Positions 37,898-47,444 of a stretch of 64,000 nt of DNA are shown here, piece by piece (positions within the stretch are counted from its first letter, which is position 1; each line of letters starts with the position of its first letter). The notes below the pieces were generated by a model. The model was not told where the DNA came from. It did no database searches and saw nothing but the letters and a program-made list of their open reading frames with translations. Made by a program: the position numbers and the translations under genes. The stretch comes from a virus. Lineage: Duplodnaviria > Caudoviricetes. The stretch lies in the IMG/VR virus record IMGVR_UViG_3300014613_000002, positions 10,931 through 74,930 of that record; one strand, given 5' to 3'.

Positions 37898-38476
37898 TTA
37901 GAATCCTCCGCTCGATGCGAATGTGATTGGACCCAGTACTTTCCTCGCTTCTGTTGCAGTGTGGAATGTCCTGAGAGAAGCACTGTCTAGGGCATACCTA
38001 TAGCCAAAGAAAGCCACTCTCGATTGCACTAGAGCAACAGCAGTCGGGTTGAAGATGTTTATGAACGGGTTGCTGCTGGTCAGAATCACAACCTCAGTCG
38101 AGTGCAGGGACGGGTCAACTTGCATGGTGAATATGTCCGCCCTGGCTGTCTGTCTGGCGGTCATGAACCTGGTGTCAGCGTTGCCGATGAAGAACAGCAC
38201 CTCAATATCATCCAGCGGGTAGAACCTGAGCTGCATAGCTTCAGGCGGGGTTAGTCGTTGCTGTAATGTTGCAGCAGTGTCAGTGGCTCCAGTCCATGCC
38301 CCAGCAGCTACAGGACCAAAGTTGAAGACGAACTGTCGTGAGCGAGGGATGGGCTCGTAGTGGTTGACCTTGTAGCACTGCCACTGGGTAAGGAGCCAGA
38401 TGCCAATCCACTCATCGACCAATGCGAGTGGAGCTATTGGCCCTGGTCTTGCGTAATACCTTTCTTCGTTTGCCAT
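37898..38476 (-). CDS. Candidate second capsid protein (single jelly roll)
   Basis: 192 aa, beta-rich; terminal RVAFFGYRY resembles YIKFLGYVI of 44511-45053. Confidence 0.45.
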   Translation of the reverse strand: MANEERYYARPGPIAPLALVDEWIGIWLLTQWQCYKVNHYEPIPRSRQFVFNFGPVAAGAWTGATDTAATLQQRLTPPEAMQLRFYPLDDIEVLFFIGNADTRFMTARQTARADIFTMQVDPSLHSTEVVILTSSNPFINIFNPTAVALVQSRVAFFGYRYALDSASLRTFHTATEARKVLGPITFASSGGF

Positions 38477-38521
38477 TATTATAACCTCCTATCTAATCTT
38501 CTCTGAGATTATTTTATTCTC

Positions 38522-38818
38522 CTAATTATTAAAACCTCTACCAATTACAGGACGAGTTTGGTCTAAACTCTTTGCCATAGCTTGCCCATAGCGTGGTCTG
38601 TGCGTATCGCCACCAGGAAAGGTATAGCCACCTTTTTCCTTGTTAAGAGTCTGTAGCACCTTATCTCTACCTGTTTCTGATATAGTGAAGCTAGCAAGTG
38701 AGAACCTTCGTCTCATTACTTGCCCACAGCTACACCCCTGCTCCCTACCTGCTTCACTAAAAGGGAGCATTATCTCCTTTTCAGCTCCACATTCGCACTC
38801 AAACTCATAGATTGGCAT
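38522..38818 (-). CDS. FmdB-family Zn-ribbon protein
   Basis: MPIYEFECECG...CSCG..MRR.FS. Confidence 0.8.
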   Translation of the reverse strand: MPIYEFECECGAEKEIMLPFSEAGREQGCSCGQVMRRRFSLASFTISETGRDKVLQTLNKEKGGYTFPGGDTHRPRYGQAMAKSLDQTRPVIGRGFNN

Positions 38819-38836
38819 TTTATTCCCTTCTTATGG

Positions 38837-39727
38837 TTAAGCTGGACCAGCACTTAAAGCAGGGCCAGCATAATTGCCACACCATCCATTCGCTTCAGCT
38901 CCAGCAACCCCACTATCATCATTATATGGGTTTACGGCACAGGCAGCTCCAGTTATCCCTGCTAGGTTACCATGAACCCAGTTGTTGGTAGATGTTGCAT
39001 CAAGGTTTACCGCCCATCCTGCCAGCGCCAAGCCATCAGCGAAAGCTGAGAAGAACTGATTACCAAAGATGCCGACACCAAAACTACCAGCGAAGGGGGT
39101 AATACATCCCACTCCTGGATTACGGAATATGTTGTTGAATATTAATCCAGTGTTAAAGTAAGCAGTAATGGCAATATTGGTGAAATTAGGACCAAAGTAG
39201 TTGTTGTTTATAGACGGGTATATCAACGCACCACCACCAGTAAAGCCAATACAATCCGTACAAGAATAGTTCCAACCTAATGTACAATGATGAAGATGGA
39301 GCCTATTGCATTGGCCGGTCGGGTCTACGGCCATAGCAGAGCCGTCATTGCCCAAGTTAAATCCAGCAAGCTCAAAGTCAGTAGCATTATCTGTGAGTTC
39401 AATGGAAGCAAGTACGCCCCCATCTATATCGTTACCATTGTCGAAATTACCCCCACCCAGAGAAATAATGTGGAGGTCCTCAATATCAATAGTAAGCGGA
39501 GGGGCAGTTAATGTCCAGAAGTCCTGTACGAATATGTAGTCACCTCTCTGGTGTTCACACAATAAGTATGCTGTTTCAAGGTCAGCTACTGGGAATTGCG
39601 GGTCAGTACCCTCGTTGCTGTTATTACCGTGGCGACAATCGACATAGAATATCTTGCCACCCTGAGGATTTATTCCCTTAGATTGGTCAAAAGACTTTAA
39701 AGTTAAACTACCTAGAAGGTCAAACAT
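38837..39727 (-). CDS. Beta-helix spike paralog 3
   Basis: FYVD...G.NSNEG.DP..P. Confidence 0.7.
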   Translation of the reverse strand: MFDLLGSLTLKSFDQSKGINPQGGKIFYVDCRHGNNSNEGTDPQFPVADLETAYLLCEHQRGDYIFVQDFWTLTAPPLTIDIEDLHIISLGGGNFDNGNDIDGGVLASIELTDNATDFELAGFNLGNDGSAMAVDPTGQCNRLHLHHCTLGWNYSCTDCIGFTGGGALIYPSINNNYFGPNFTNIAITAYFNTGLIFNNIFRNPGVGCITPFAGSFGVGIFGNQFFSAFADGLALAGWAVNLDATSTNNWVHGNLAGITGAACAVNPYNDDSGVAGAEANGWCGNYAGPALSAGPA

Positions 39728-39740
39728 TTTATTATCCTCC

Positions 39741-40679
39741 TTATATTCCTACTGGTTCTATTACTTGGTTGCCACGATAGTTCATTGCCCAAGCATTCTG
39801 GGTGTTACCGTTCAAATCCCTGAATGGGTTGAAGGTATATCCAGCATTTAACATGCCCATGCCTGCGACATTGCCCTTGATAAAGTTACCGTGAGTTACA
39901 CCTCCTACGAGGTCTAAAGTAATTGCCTCACCGTTGACAGCATCAGGGACTGAGAAAACATTATCCTGAATAACCATGGAACTAGTTAGGTCAATATAAA
40001 TGCCACAGGCAGGTATCCCTTGGAACATACAGTTGCGTATTACTGACCAGCCGAAGCTCACGGCACCTGGGGCACCAGCTGTGGTTATGCCATGAATGCC
40101 GATACAACCACCAGCATTAGCATCCTGTCCGAGAAAATGGCAGTCTTCAACTAGACAGAAGGTATTGGAGTCGGCATAAACTGAAATGCCGTAAATAGGC
40201 AGCCCTCCTGCTTTGTTTGCCTCTACGCTTCCGAACTGGCAATGGTGAATCCAGCAGTTCCTGCCCTGACTAAGCTCAACACCACCATGGTCATCACCAG
40301 AACCAAAGTCAAAGCCAGCAATCTCCACGTAGTCACCAGTAACATTCATCACGGCAGTATTAGTAGCATCTGGCGGCTTTATCTTGGTGTAGGGTGCGTT
40401 GGGGGAAGTCATGCCTACGATATGTACTCTGTCCACAGAGACAGGAATTGGCCATGTCTCAGTAGCTTCAGCCCAGCAGTCCAACACTACAATGTAGTCG
40501 TTGCGGTTAGCAACACACTGAGTTAAAGCATAAGTGATAGTCAGGAAGGGAGTGCCTGGGTCAATACCATTATTAGTATCAGCGCCTGGAGCAAAATGGC
40601 TGACATAGTAAACTCTGCCAAGTGCAGGTGGTCGCCTAACGGTAAGTGTTTCTTGTGGTCCAAATTCAGTTATAATCAT
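39741..40679 (-). CDS. Beta-helix spike paralog 2
   Basis: VYYVS...GADTNNG..P.TPFLTITYALTQC. Confidence 0.7.
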   Translation of the reverse strand: MIITEFGPQETLTVRRPPALGRVYYVSHFAPGADTNNGIDPGTPFLTITYALTQCVANRNDYIVVLDCWAEATETWPIPVSVDRVHIVGMTSPNAPYTKIKPPDATNTAVMNVTGDYVEIAGFDFGSGDDHGGVELSQGRNCWIHHCQFGSVEANKAGGLPIYGISVYADSNTFCLVEDCHFLGQDANAGGCIGIHGITTAGAPGAVSFGWSVIRNCMFQGIPACGIYIDLTSSMVIQDNVFSVPDAVNGEAITLDLVGGVTHGNFIKGNVAGMGMLNAGYTFNPFRDLNGNTQNAWAMNYRGNQVIEPVGI

Positions 40680-40692
40680 CTATCATTCCTCC

Positions 40693-41604
40693 TTATGCAG
40701 GATAAATCACCGCATTGCCCGATATGTTATTTGACCAATGGTTGCTATCCAGAGCGGCTCCATCAAGATATGGATTTGCGGCCATGGCATTCTCGCCAAA
40801 CTGTGCTCTGTTGTCCACGACAAAGAAGTCACCACAAGTGGCTCCCAGCGTGATAGCTGACCCCTGAGTATCCGCATCACAGGCGAAAACATTGTCTTTA
40901 ATGGTTATGCCACCAGTGCCAGCACTTACGCTAACAAAGTTTATGCCGCTGCCTGGGCATCCTATGAACTGGTTGTTTATAATAGTGCCATTTAGAGGGT
41001 CGGCTGCGCTTGCCCAGTATATGCCGTCTCGTGACAATGTCCCACCAGCCGCATTCCCATAAAAGCTGCAGTTCTCTACCCGTATGGCAGTTGCGTTAAG
41101 TGCAACACGGATTCCATCCTGCGGCGTGTTGGCAGCAAGACTATGCCCAAACTGGCAATCATGGATATACAGCCCTTCTGGAGTTCCAGCAGTATTCTCA
41201 ATGCCAGCATGAGTTGCACCACCACCAAAGCTAAAGCCAGCTATTTCGCAATCACTGCTTGCTGCGGTGACTGTAAAAATAGCAGTAGCGCCAGCAGCGT
41301 TCATCTGGACAAACGAGTGGCTGGGATTGCTGGATACTCCTATAATGTGAACCTGTGCTACACTTATGGCTACAACTTCCTGCCAGTGGTTAAGGACAAT
41401 AATGTAGTCATCATTGTTATCGACGCACTGGGTTAAAGCATAGGTGATAGTCAGCCAAGGTGCAGTTGGGATTGTACCAACATTCGCATTGTCACCAGCG
41501 ACACCATCCACGAAAAAGACATTTCCCGTTGCCCACGGAAAACATCCAACCCCTGCCATCAACTTCAGGTAAATTGCTTTTTCTAAAGTATTTGCGCTTC
41601 CCAT
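40693..41604 (-). CDS. Beta-helix spike paralog 1
   Basis: VFFVDG..GDNANVG..P.APWLTITYALTQC. Confidence 0.7.
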   Translation of the reverse strand: MGSANTLEKAIYLKLMAGVGCFPWATGNVFFVDGVAGDNANVGTIPTAPWLTITYALTQCVDNNDDYIIVLNHWQEVVAISVAQVHIIGVSSNPSHSFVQMNAAGATAIFTVTAASSDCEIAGFSFGGGATHAGIENTAGTPEGLYIHDCQFGHSLAANTPQDGIRVALNATAIRVENCSFYGNAAGGTLSRDGIYWASAADPLNGTIINNQFIGCPGSGINFVSVSAGTGGITIKDNVFACDADTQGSAITLGATCGDFFVVDNRAQFGENAMAANPYLDGAALDSNHWSNNISGNAVIYPA

Positions 41605-41638
41605 ATAACCTCCTGTCTATTCTCCTTCGAGATTATTT

Positions 41639-41866
41639 TTAGATTTTTAAGTTTCCTAAGCCCAGATTTTGTGGAGGAGCCATCATCATCTTTGGTGAGC
41701 TGCTGACCAGTAATAGTGCCTTGAAGATGCACATGCCCTCCTTCTGTGGCGCTATCATACCTGGCTTACCCACCGCTATTTCTATCCACTGCTCGCACTC
41801 ATCTCCTATACACGGCTCCCCACTAAACCTACATATCTTTGCCTTTTCATGGTGATTATCGTTCAT
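41639..41866 (-). CDS. Small Cys-rich protein
   Basis: CRFSGEPCIGDECEQW...C. Confidence 0.55.
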   Translation of the reverse strand: MNDNHHEKAKICRFSGEPCIGDECEQWIEIAVGKPGMIAPQKEGMCIFKALLLVSSSPKMMMAPPQNLGLGNLKI

Positions 41867-41888
41867 CCTATCTCCTTTCAGGTAAGTT

Positions 41889-42386
41889 TTATGCAGCAGC
41901 CTCTATGTATGCCCCCAAATCAAGGGGATAATACACTATTGTCCAGGTGACTTCCCCAGTAGTATCATTTGCACCACCCACACCTTCTGCCATATTGAGG
42001 ATTATTACTCCAGGCAGTAAAACTTGCGGATTAGTGCCAAAGCTAGGCACTGCTAATCCTGTTGCGACACCCACCATTGCAACACCTACAGCACCAGTAA
42101 CAGTGTATAGTTCTCCAATGGTATGAGCTTTAATATCTAGCGTATCACACATATCAGTTGCAGCATAACCTGCAGCAGTTGGGTCAAGTGTAAGCTTAAT
42201 ATCAATGCTGGCTGCACTACTAGTAACATCATCACTTGTTAGTTCACCCAATATCGAAACCAACTGGACATTACCACCAGCCACAGTGAATAAATTATCA
42301 GTTCCAGCTGTAGTTGGTAAAACTCCCACCTTCTGCACTGCAGCTCCAAAAAGTGTTCCTATCTGTTCATTTGCTGGAATAGGCAT
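41889..42386 (-). CDS. Jelly-roll vertex/penton-like paralog 5
   Basis: LFTVAGGNV...PGVI...TWTIVYYPLD.GAYIEAA. Confidence 0.6.
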   Translation of the reverse strand: MPIPANEQIGTLFGAAVQKVGVLPTTAGTDNLFTVAGGNVQLVSILGELTSDDVTSSAASIDIKLTLDPTAAGYAATDMCDTLDIKAHTIGELYTVTGAVGVAMVGVATGLAVPSFGTNPQVLLPGVIILNMAEGVGGANDTTGEVTWTIVYYPLDLGAYIEAAA

Positions 42387-42402
42387 ATCATTTACCTCCT
42401 TA

Positions 42403-42894
42403 TTATGCGGCAGCTTCTATGTAAGCTCCAAAGTCAAGTGGGTAGTACACTACCGTCCAAGTTATTTCTCCAGCGGTATCAGCTTCAACACCTGCATTGG
42501 CCATATTAAGAAGTATTACCCCAGGCAGTGTGATTTGCGTGTTAGTGACAAAACTGGCTACCGCTACTCCTGTTATTGAAACTACCATCGCATTAGTAGG
42601 GTCACCAGTGATAGTGTATAATTGATGAGTGGTGTCACCCTTGATATCTAACCCAGTACACATATTAGTCGCAGCAAGTGCACCAGTCGGGTCAAGCTGG
42701 AGACTGATAGTAACAGTAGCAGAAGTGCCACCAATAGCAGCAACACTTGTCACTTCTCCTAATACTGAAACCAATTGGACATTACCAACTACCGTAAACA
42801 GGTCATCAGTTCCAGTTGCGCCTGGCAAAACTCCTACTTTCTGTACCGCAATCCCAACAAGAGTTCCTATTTGCTCATTCGCTGGTATAGGCAT
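42403..42894 (-). CDS. Jelly-roll vertex/penton-like paralog 4
   Basis: Close paralog of 41889; both start MPIPANEQIGTL. Confidence 0.6.
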   Translation of the reverse strand: MPIPANEQIGTLVGIAVQKVGVLPGATGTDDLFTVVGNVQLVSVLGEVTSVAAIGGTSATVTISLQLDPTGALAATNMCTGLDIKGDTTHQLYTITGDPTNAMVVSITGVAVASFVTNTQITLPGVILLNMANAGVEADTAGEITWTVVYYPLDFGAYIEAAA

Positions 42895-42909
42895 ATTTTA
42901 CCTCCTCGC

Positions 42910-43410
42910 TTATGTTACGTGAGCTTCTGGGTCTATCGGCACATAGCGCATTGTCCACTGGACAGAGCCAGTACCAGCAGCGGCATCTTCGTTCCACTGG
43001 ATGGTTCCAGGTGGAATAATCCAGCCATGAGTGTTCATGCCAGTTGCCAAAAGACCACCAGACATTCCAGCCTGCACAGCAAGGCCAGCATAACAAGCGT
43101 CAGCAGGATTGCCAGTGAAGGTGTAGATTGTGCCTACAATATCGGCATCAATCACTGTAGCAGCACAAAATGCTACTACACCACCAGCAGTCGGGTTAAT
43201 TCGGATAGACAGGTTCGAAGCACCAGCTGCCTGAGCTATTGTCCTCTCACCGACCAGTATAGTCATTAGAACAAGACCACCTGATACGGTGAAAAGAGTT
43301 GTCCAGACAGCGCCTGTTGGGCAGACGGTAGCAGGAAGGAACACCCTCGTGCCTAAAGTGCCACCTGATTGGCTTGCTGCTAAGGATTTAACATTACTAC
43401 CTAATCCCAT
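42910..43410 (-). CDS. Jelly-roll vertex/penton-like paralog 3
   Basis: LFTVSGGLV...PGTI...WTMRYVPID. Confidence 0.6.
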   Translation of the reverse strand: MGLGSNVKSLAASQSGGTLGTRVFLPATVCPTGAVWTTLFTVSGGLVLMTILVGERTIAQAAGASNLSIRINPTAGGVVAFCAATVIDADIVGTIYTFTGNPADACYAGLAVQAGMSGGLLATGMNTHGWIIPPGTIQWNEDAAAGTGSVQWTMRYVPIDPEAHVT

Positions 43411-43431
43411 TATTTTAACCTCCTAAATTTA

Positions 43432-43911
43432 TTATGCAACCACTATCTCAGAGTTGGCGTCCATCCGATAGTAGACGACATAGAAAACTAGCGTCGAAGT
43501 CAGATTCCCGTTGATAGTCAAGGCAATGTTACCTGGCCCTGCCAGTTGCCCACCTATAAAGTTATTAACTACTGCACCTGTCGTCGGCATTGGATTTGAC
43601 GCCACGTTCGGGACAATGACACTACCAGCAGTAGCCTCAAGCGGCCACATGATTATGTCGTCCAGTGTACTATTTAGTATCACGGCACCAGTCTGGGCAC
43701 CAACAAGATTTATTGTTATTGCGCCAGTAAAGCCACTGGTTTCGCCAATAACTGTAACATGAGCGAAAAGACCTGTTATCCAGACTAGCCCGCCAACTAT
43801 GGTGAACAGGTTGCCAGGAGCGTAGTTAGCGACAAGGTATATCTCGCCTGGCCTTATAGCCACCTCCATCACATCAAGGGATATTCTTTTAACTGTAGCT
43901 CCTAATCCCAT
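43432..43911 (-). CDS. Jelly-roll vertex/penton-like paralog 2
   Basis: LFTIVGGLV...PGNI...FYVVYYRMD. Confidence 0.6.
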   Translation of the reverse strand: MGLGATVKRISLDVMEVAIRPGEIYLVANYAPGNLFTIVGGLVWITGLFAHVTVIGETSGFTGAITINLVGAQTGAVILNSTLDDIIMWPLEATAGSVIVPNVASNPMPTTGAVVNNFIGGQLAGPGNIALTINGNLTSTLVFYVVYYRMDANSEIVVA

Positions 43912-43954
43912 ATTTTTTAATCTCCTTCCGCTTTTCTACAAGCGATTATTATTT

Positions 43955-44431
43955 TTATGCTACATCTATATTGGAGTTGGGGTTCATTCGATAGTAGACA
44001 CAGTAGAAACTGCACATTCCAACAGTAGAAGCAGTAGTGACAGCAAGAGTGATGTCACCAGGGCTTGCTAACTGACCAAAACAGTTGGCTGCAACACCCA
44101 ATATGGTCGGCATGGGGTTAGCCAACACATTCGGGATTGGAACAACTCCTGTTATTAAAGGCCAAACACAAATGCCATTTATAACTGTTGACACAATAGT
44201 AGGAACAGCACTATCTGCAGGCACGCCACATATCTGTATTTCCATTGTGGTGCCTGTTCCAGCGTTGTCAACCGCTTCATCAGCGAAGAAGAAAAGGCCC
44301 TTTATCCAGACTGGCCCACCGACAATTGTGAAGATAGGAGCCGCAGCAGCGATCCCATAAACCTGAGGCGGCCTCTTCACCACCTCCATTACATCCATGG
44401 ATATGTTCTTTACAACATTACTAAGTCCCAT
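43955..44431 (-). CDS. Jelly-roll vertex/penton-like paralog 1
   Basis: IFTIVGGPV...PGDI...FYCVYYRMN. Confidence 0.6.
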   Translation of the reverse strand: MGLSNVVKNISMDVMEVVKRPPQVYGIAAAAPIFTIVGGPVWIKGLFFFADEAVDNAGTGTTMEIQICGVPADSAVPTIVSTVINGICVWPLITGVVPIPNVLANPMPTILGVAANCFGQLASPGDITLAVTTASTVGMCSFYCVYYRMNPNSNIDVA

Positions 44432-44474
44432 AGTTTTACCTCCTTACCACCATTCTATGGTGTTCTTTTGTTTT

Positions 44475-44499
44475 GGGAGAGGCCATTAAGACCTCTCCC
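44475..44499 (-). other. Stable hairpin 3' of candidate MCP (mRNA stabiliser or attenuator)
   Basis: GGGAGAGG...CCTCTCCC stem with no U-tract in sense direction. Confidence 0.5.
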
Positions 44500-44510
44500 T
44501 TAACTTACTA

Positions 44511-45053
44511 TTAACTTACTACCATGCCACGAGGCTCAATCACATAGCCCAGAAACTTAATATATTCTGGGGCATGAATTGCGTCAGCCGCTATGTCCAC
44601 GATAACCAGTTCGCTTGGGTCGTAGACAACTGGCTCGCTGAGCATTCCTGCACAATAGGTGAAGCCTCGACAATTCTGCAGGTCGACCAGCATCTTAGTT
44701 GTTCCACCAAGAAGAGCAGTCCTGAAAGTGACCAAGGTGGCCATAGGAGCAGTATCATAATCGTCTATTCCATAGAAGACGATTATTCTGTTAGCTGGAA
44801 GGGCTGCACTCGTGATGGCGCCAACATTGGCACCAGCTGCTGCTAAGTTGAGACCCCACTCATCCTCATTCACCGTGCCAACAGCAAGGTCAGCAAAAGC
44901 CCTAATATCCCTGACAACCAAATTGGCATCAGTTGTCGTCAGAGCTAGGCGAAGCATATGGGTGACGCCAGCTGCAATCGCAGCCTGCTTGTAACTCTTA
45001 ATATCAGTAAGAGTCATTGTTTCCATAGGCACTAAAAAACTTGTTCCGTACAT
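44511..45053 (-). CDS. Candidate major capsid protein, single jelly roll
   Basis: 180 aa; helical N-arm then beta strands ending KFLGYVIEP; follows core protein gene and promoter; size like sphaerolipovirus MCPs. Confidence 0.6.
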   Translation of the reverse strand: MYGTSFLVPMETMTLTDIKSYKQAAIAAGVTHMLRLALTTTDANLVVRDIRAFADLAVGTVNEDEWGLNLAAAGANVGAITSAALPANRIIVFYGIDDYDTAPMATLVTFRTALLGGTTKMLVDLQNCRGFTYCAGMLSEPVVYDPSELVIVDIAADAIHAPEYIKFLGYVIEPRGMVVS

Positions 45054-45088
45054 TTATTTAACCTCCAAAAGTTATATTTTATTCGGAG

Positions 45089-45568
45089 TTACACGGCCTT
45101 TGGCCATGTGTCCACTATGTTCTTTGGCTGGGCTGGATAGCTGCCCACACCTGGATGTCCTCTGCCTAGCATTCTTGGCCCAGACCTGCCGATTTCAATA
45201 TCTGTGAAAGCAGCCAAGCCTTGAGACAACGCCCCCGCCATTCCTCCAGCAACAGCCGCCCTAGCTCCACTTACACCTCCGAGTGATTTGGCAGCAAGGC
45301 CAACTAAGCCAGCACTACCAAGAGCTAACAGGAATTTGCCGAACTTCTGTCCCCTAGTTGCAGCATCCTTGATTATCATTCCAGGCAGCATTATCGCCCC
45401 AGCGAATCCGCCAAGGGCAAGACCAGCATCCATCGGGCTAATTCCCTGCCAGAATTCTGCGAGACCTTTTGGCATAGCCAAAGCAGCAGCAGGGTTTCTC
45501 CTACTCCTACTCCTTCGGCGCTTCCTGCGGTAAGGATTCTCCTGCAAAAGTATTTCTGAATAACCCAT
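45089..45568 (-). CDS. Core/membrane protein with Arg-rich N-terminus bracketed by NP motifs
   Basis: ENPYRRKRRRSRSRRNP then three hydrophobic helices. Confidence 0.7.
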   Translation of the reverse strand: MGYSEILLQENPYRRKRRRSRSRRNPAAALAMPKGLAEFWQGISPMDAGLALGGFAGAIMLPGMIIKDAATRGQKFGKFLLALGSAGLVGLAAKSLGGVSGARAAVAGGMAGALSQGLAAFTDIEIGRSGPRMLGRGHPGVGSYPAQPKNIVDTWPKAV

Positions 45569-45603
45569 GTTTAACCTCCTAAATTATTCCTTCCTCACCT
45601 AAT

Positions 45604-45631
45604 AAAAAAAGGTGAGCCTTTCGACTCACCT
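45604..45631 (-). terminator. Intrinsic terminator upstream of core/MCP genes
   Basis: AGGTGAGTC-GAAA-GGCTCACCT followed by T-tract. Confidence 0.75.
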
Positions 45632-45706
45632 ATGCGATTTCGCCTTCGGTTAAGTTCTATTTCGTCCTAGGAGATGTCTCCTTCAGACTCAATATTCAAT
45701 TACATA

Positions 45707-45735
45707 ATTATAAAACAGTTAAGAAATTTTGTCAA
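45707..45735 (-). promoter_or_regulatory. sigma70-type promoter
   Basis: TTGACA-17-TATAAT. Confidence 0.8.
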
Positions 45736-45810
45736 ATCAAAAGAGGAAGGAGTTAACCCCAACTTTAGATTTTAATATTAAAGGGAATCTTAGATTCCTC
45801 CTTCCTCTCA

Positions 45811-46017
45811 TTAGAATTTAACCCCAATACCAACAGGTGGCTCGCCTTTATCAAATCTCACCTTCGGCTTAGCTCCCAGCAGCTCAACGGGTGCCCCAGC
45901 AGCAAACTTCACACTTAAATCAGATTCGGGATAGGTCGTTTGAACATACTGTATGAAGTTGAGCCACTGCTTGCCTATTTTGAATCCTTCGGCGGTTATG
46001 ATTTCTGATTCCTGCAT
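45811..46017 (-). CDS. Small beta protein
   Basis: Operon ORF with RBS. Confidence 0.55.
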   Translation of the reverse strand: MQESEIITAEGFKIGKQWLNFIQYVQTTYPESDLSVKFAAGAPVELLGAKPKVRFDKGEPPVGIGVKF

Positions 46018-46299
46018 TTAGTCTCCTTCTAGCTCTGCAAAGATAGATAGTCCATCTCCACCAACTGTTGCATTTAGCCACAAGTTATCCATTCGGGTTG
46101 CCTTCAGCGGGATATCTATGTTTGGCGCTATTTCATATCGTGTGCCTGGGGTTAGTGTCTCAGAGCTATCGCTGGCGATAAAGATATTCCCACCATTACC
46201 CAGAGTGGAAACTCGCATCTCATTGAATGTAAGCTTTCCCTTCGGAAATTCGACTGGGACTCCTGCTACGGGAGCGTTTACTCGGTAACATTTTATCAT
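46018..46299 (-). CDS. Small beta-sandwich structural protein
   Basis: NGGNIFIA...YEIAP..DIPL. Confidence 0.55.
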   Translation of the reverse strand: MIKCYRVNAPVAGVPVEFPKGKLTFNEMRVSTLGNGGNIFIASDSSETLTPGTRYEIAPNIDIPLKATRMDNLWLNATVGGDGLSIFAELEGD

Positions 46300-46379
46300 G
46301 GCATTATATTATCCAAAGGTCTATTTGTACAGTGTTCTCCAATAGTGATTACCTTTGATTTCTGCACTTAAGTATCTTC

Positions 46380-47444
46380 TCATTTCTTATTAAATAATTG
46401 AATTTGCTTTATTAGTTCATCGTCTGTCTTATTTCGCAAATCGTGCTCCCAGATAACTAAACAATCGAAACCTAACGAGTTATAAGCCATTATGCGCCCT
46501 AATTCACTCCTGCGCCAATTATCATTCGCATTATGAAAATAATCACCAAAAGCTTCAATAAGCTTCTTTTTCCCATTGACATTGGCGAAGTCAGGATTCA
46601 ATCCATTTATAATGAGGGAGGCATCTCCGGTATACTTATATTCATTAGGGCAAGCAACTTTAATTAAATGTAGTATCTTTGATTCAAACTTATTGGGCCT
46701 TAATCCTGTAGCTTCCCTCGACTTTTTGGCCATCTTTTCTATGTGCAAGTTTTTCTCTTCGGCAGACAAAGAAGCCCAATATCTTTTTAATGCTTTCTGC
46801 CTTTTAGACTTGTTTAACTTTAGTGCTTTTGATATATTAGCACAATGCTCAACAGAGAGTGGTTTACCTAGATGAGCAATGGACATTTTTGCTTTAGAAG
46901 ACATGCTATATTTTCTCCCTTTTGCCCAAGGTCGAGGTCGTTTGGCAAATTCAGTGAGCTGTTCTCGAAAATATAAATTTTTCCAAAGGTTCTTCATACG
47001 CTTAGATGTAGACTCTTTGCGTTCTGGCAGAGAAGCTGACATCTTAAATATATTAATCATTTTCTGTCTATAATTTTTATCTTGCCATCTATTCTTGGCA
47101 ATACTAGACATTTTATCTTTAGCTTCTTTTGTATGGTGGCTACCTTTACCAAAACTGTTTAAGCGTTGCTTCCTTTTAGCTTCTTCACTATATAGACTAT
47201 TCCTCATTATTTGCTCATAACTTGGATTTTTCCAAAGTTCTTTTAATGAATTAGATATTTTTTGCTTAGTTATATTGCTAACTTTATGGTCTTTCAGACT
47301 ATTGCTAACTTTTCTAGAAATGGATTGTTTATATTTACTATCTGCCCAGCGTTTTCGGGAAGCCTCGCCAATTTTCTGTTTACTTTCCTCGGTATAAGAT
47401 TTCATAACGTAATATCTACAATCTTTGAGTATTCTGTTCTCCAC
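46380..47444 (-). CDS. Vsr/DUF559-like homing endonuclease with multiple NUMOD3 repeats
   Basis: PNKFE...PDF...LIEAFGDYFH...CLVIWE. Confidence 0.82.
   Translation of the reverse strand: MENRILKDCRYYVMKSYTEESKQKIGEASRKRWADSKYKQSISRKVSNSLKDHKVSNITKQKISNSLKELWKNPSYEQIMRNSLYSEEAKRKQRLNSFGKGSHHTKEAKDKMSSIAKNRWQDKNYRQKMINIFKMSASLPERKESTSKRMKNLWKNLYFREQLTEFAKRPRPWAKGRKYSMSSKAKMSIAHLGKPLSVEHCANISKALKLNKSKRQKALKRYWASLSAEEKNLHIEKMAKKSREATGLRPNKFESKILHLIKVACPNEYKYTGDASLIINGLNPDFANVNGKKKLIEAFGDYFHNANDNWRRSELGRIMAYNSLGFDCLVIWEHDLRNKTDDELIKQIQLFNKK

Noticed and set aside
45620-45700. Hammerhead ribozyme or known riboswitch in the leader
   Set aside because: CTGAAGG deviates from CUGANGA and the stems do not fit; no aptamer consensus recognised.
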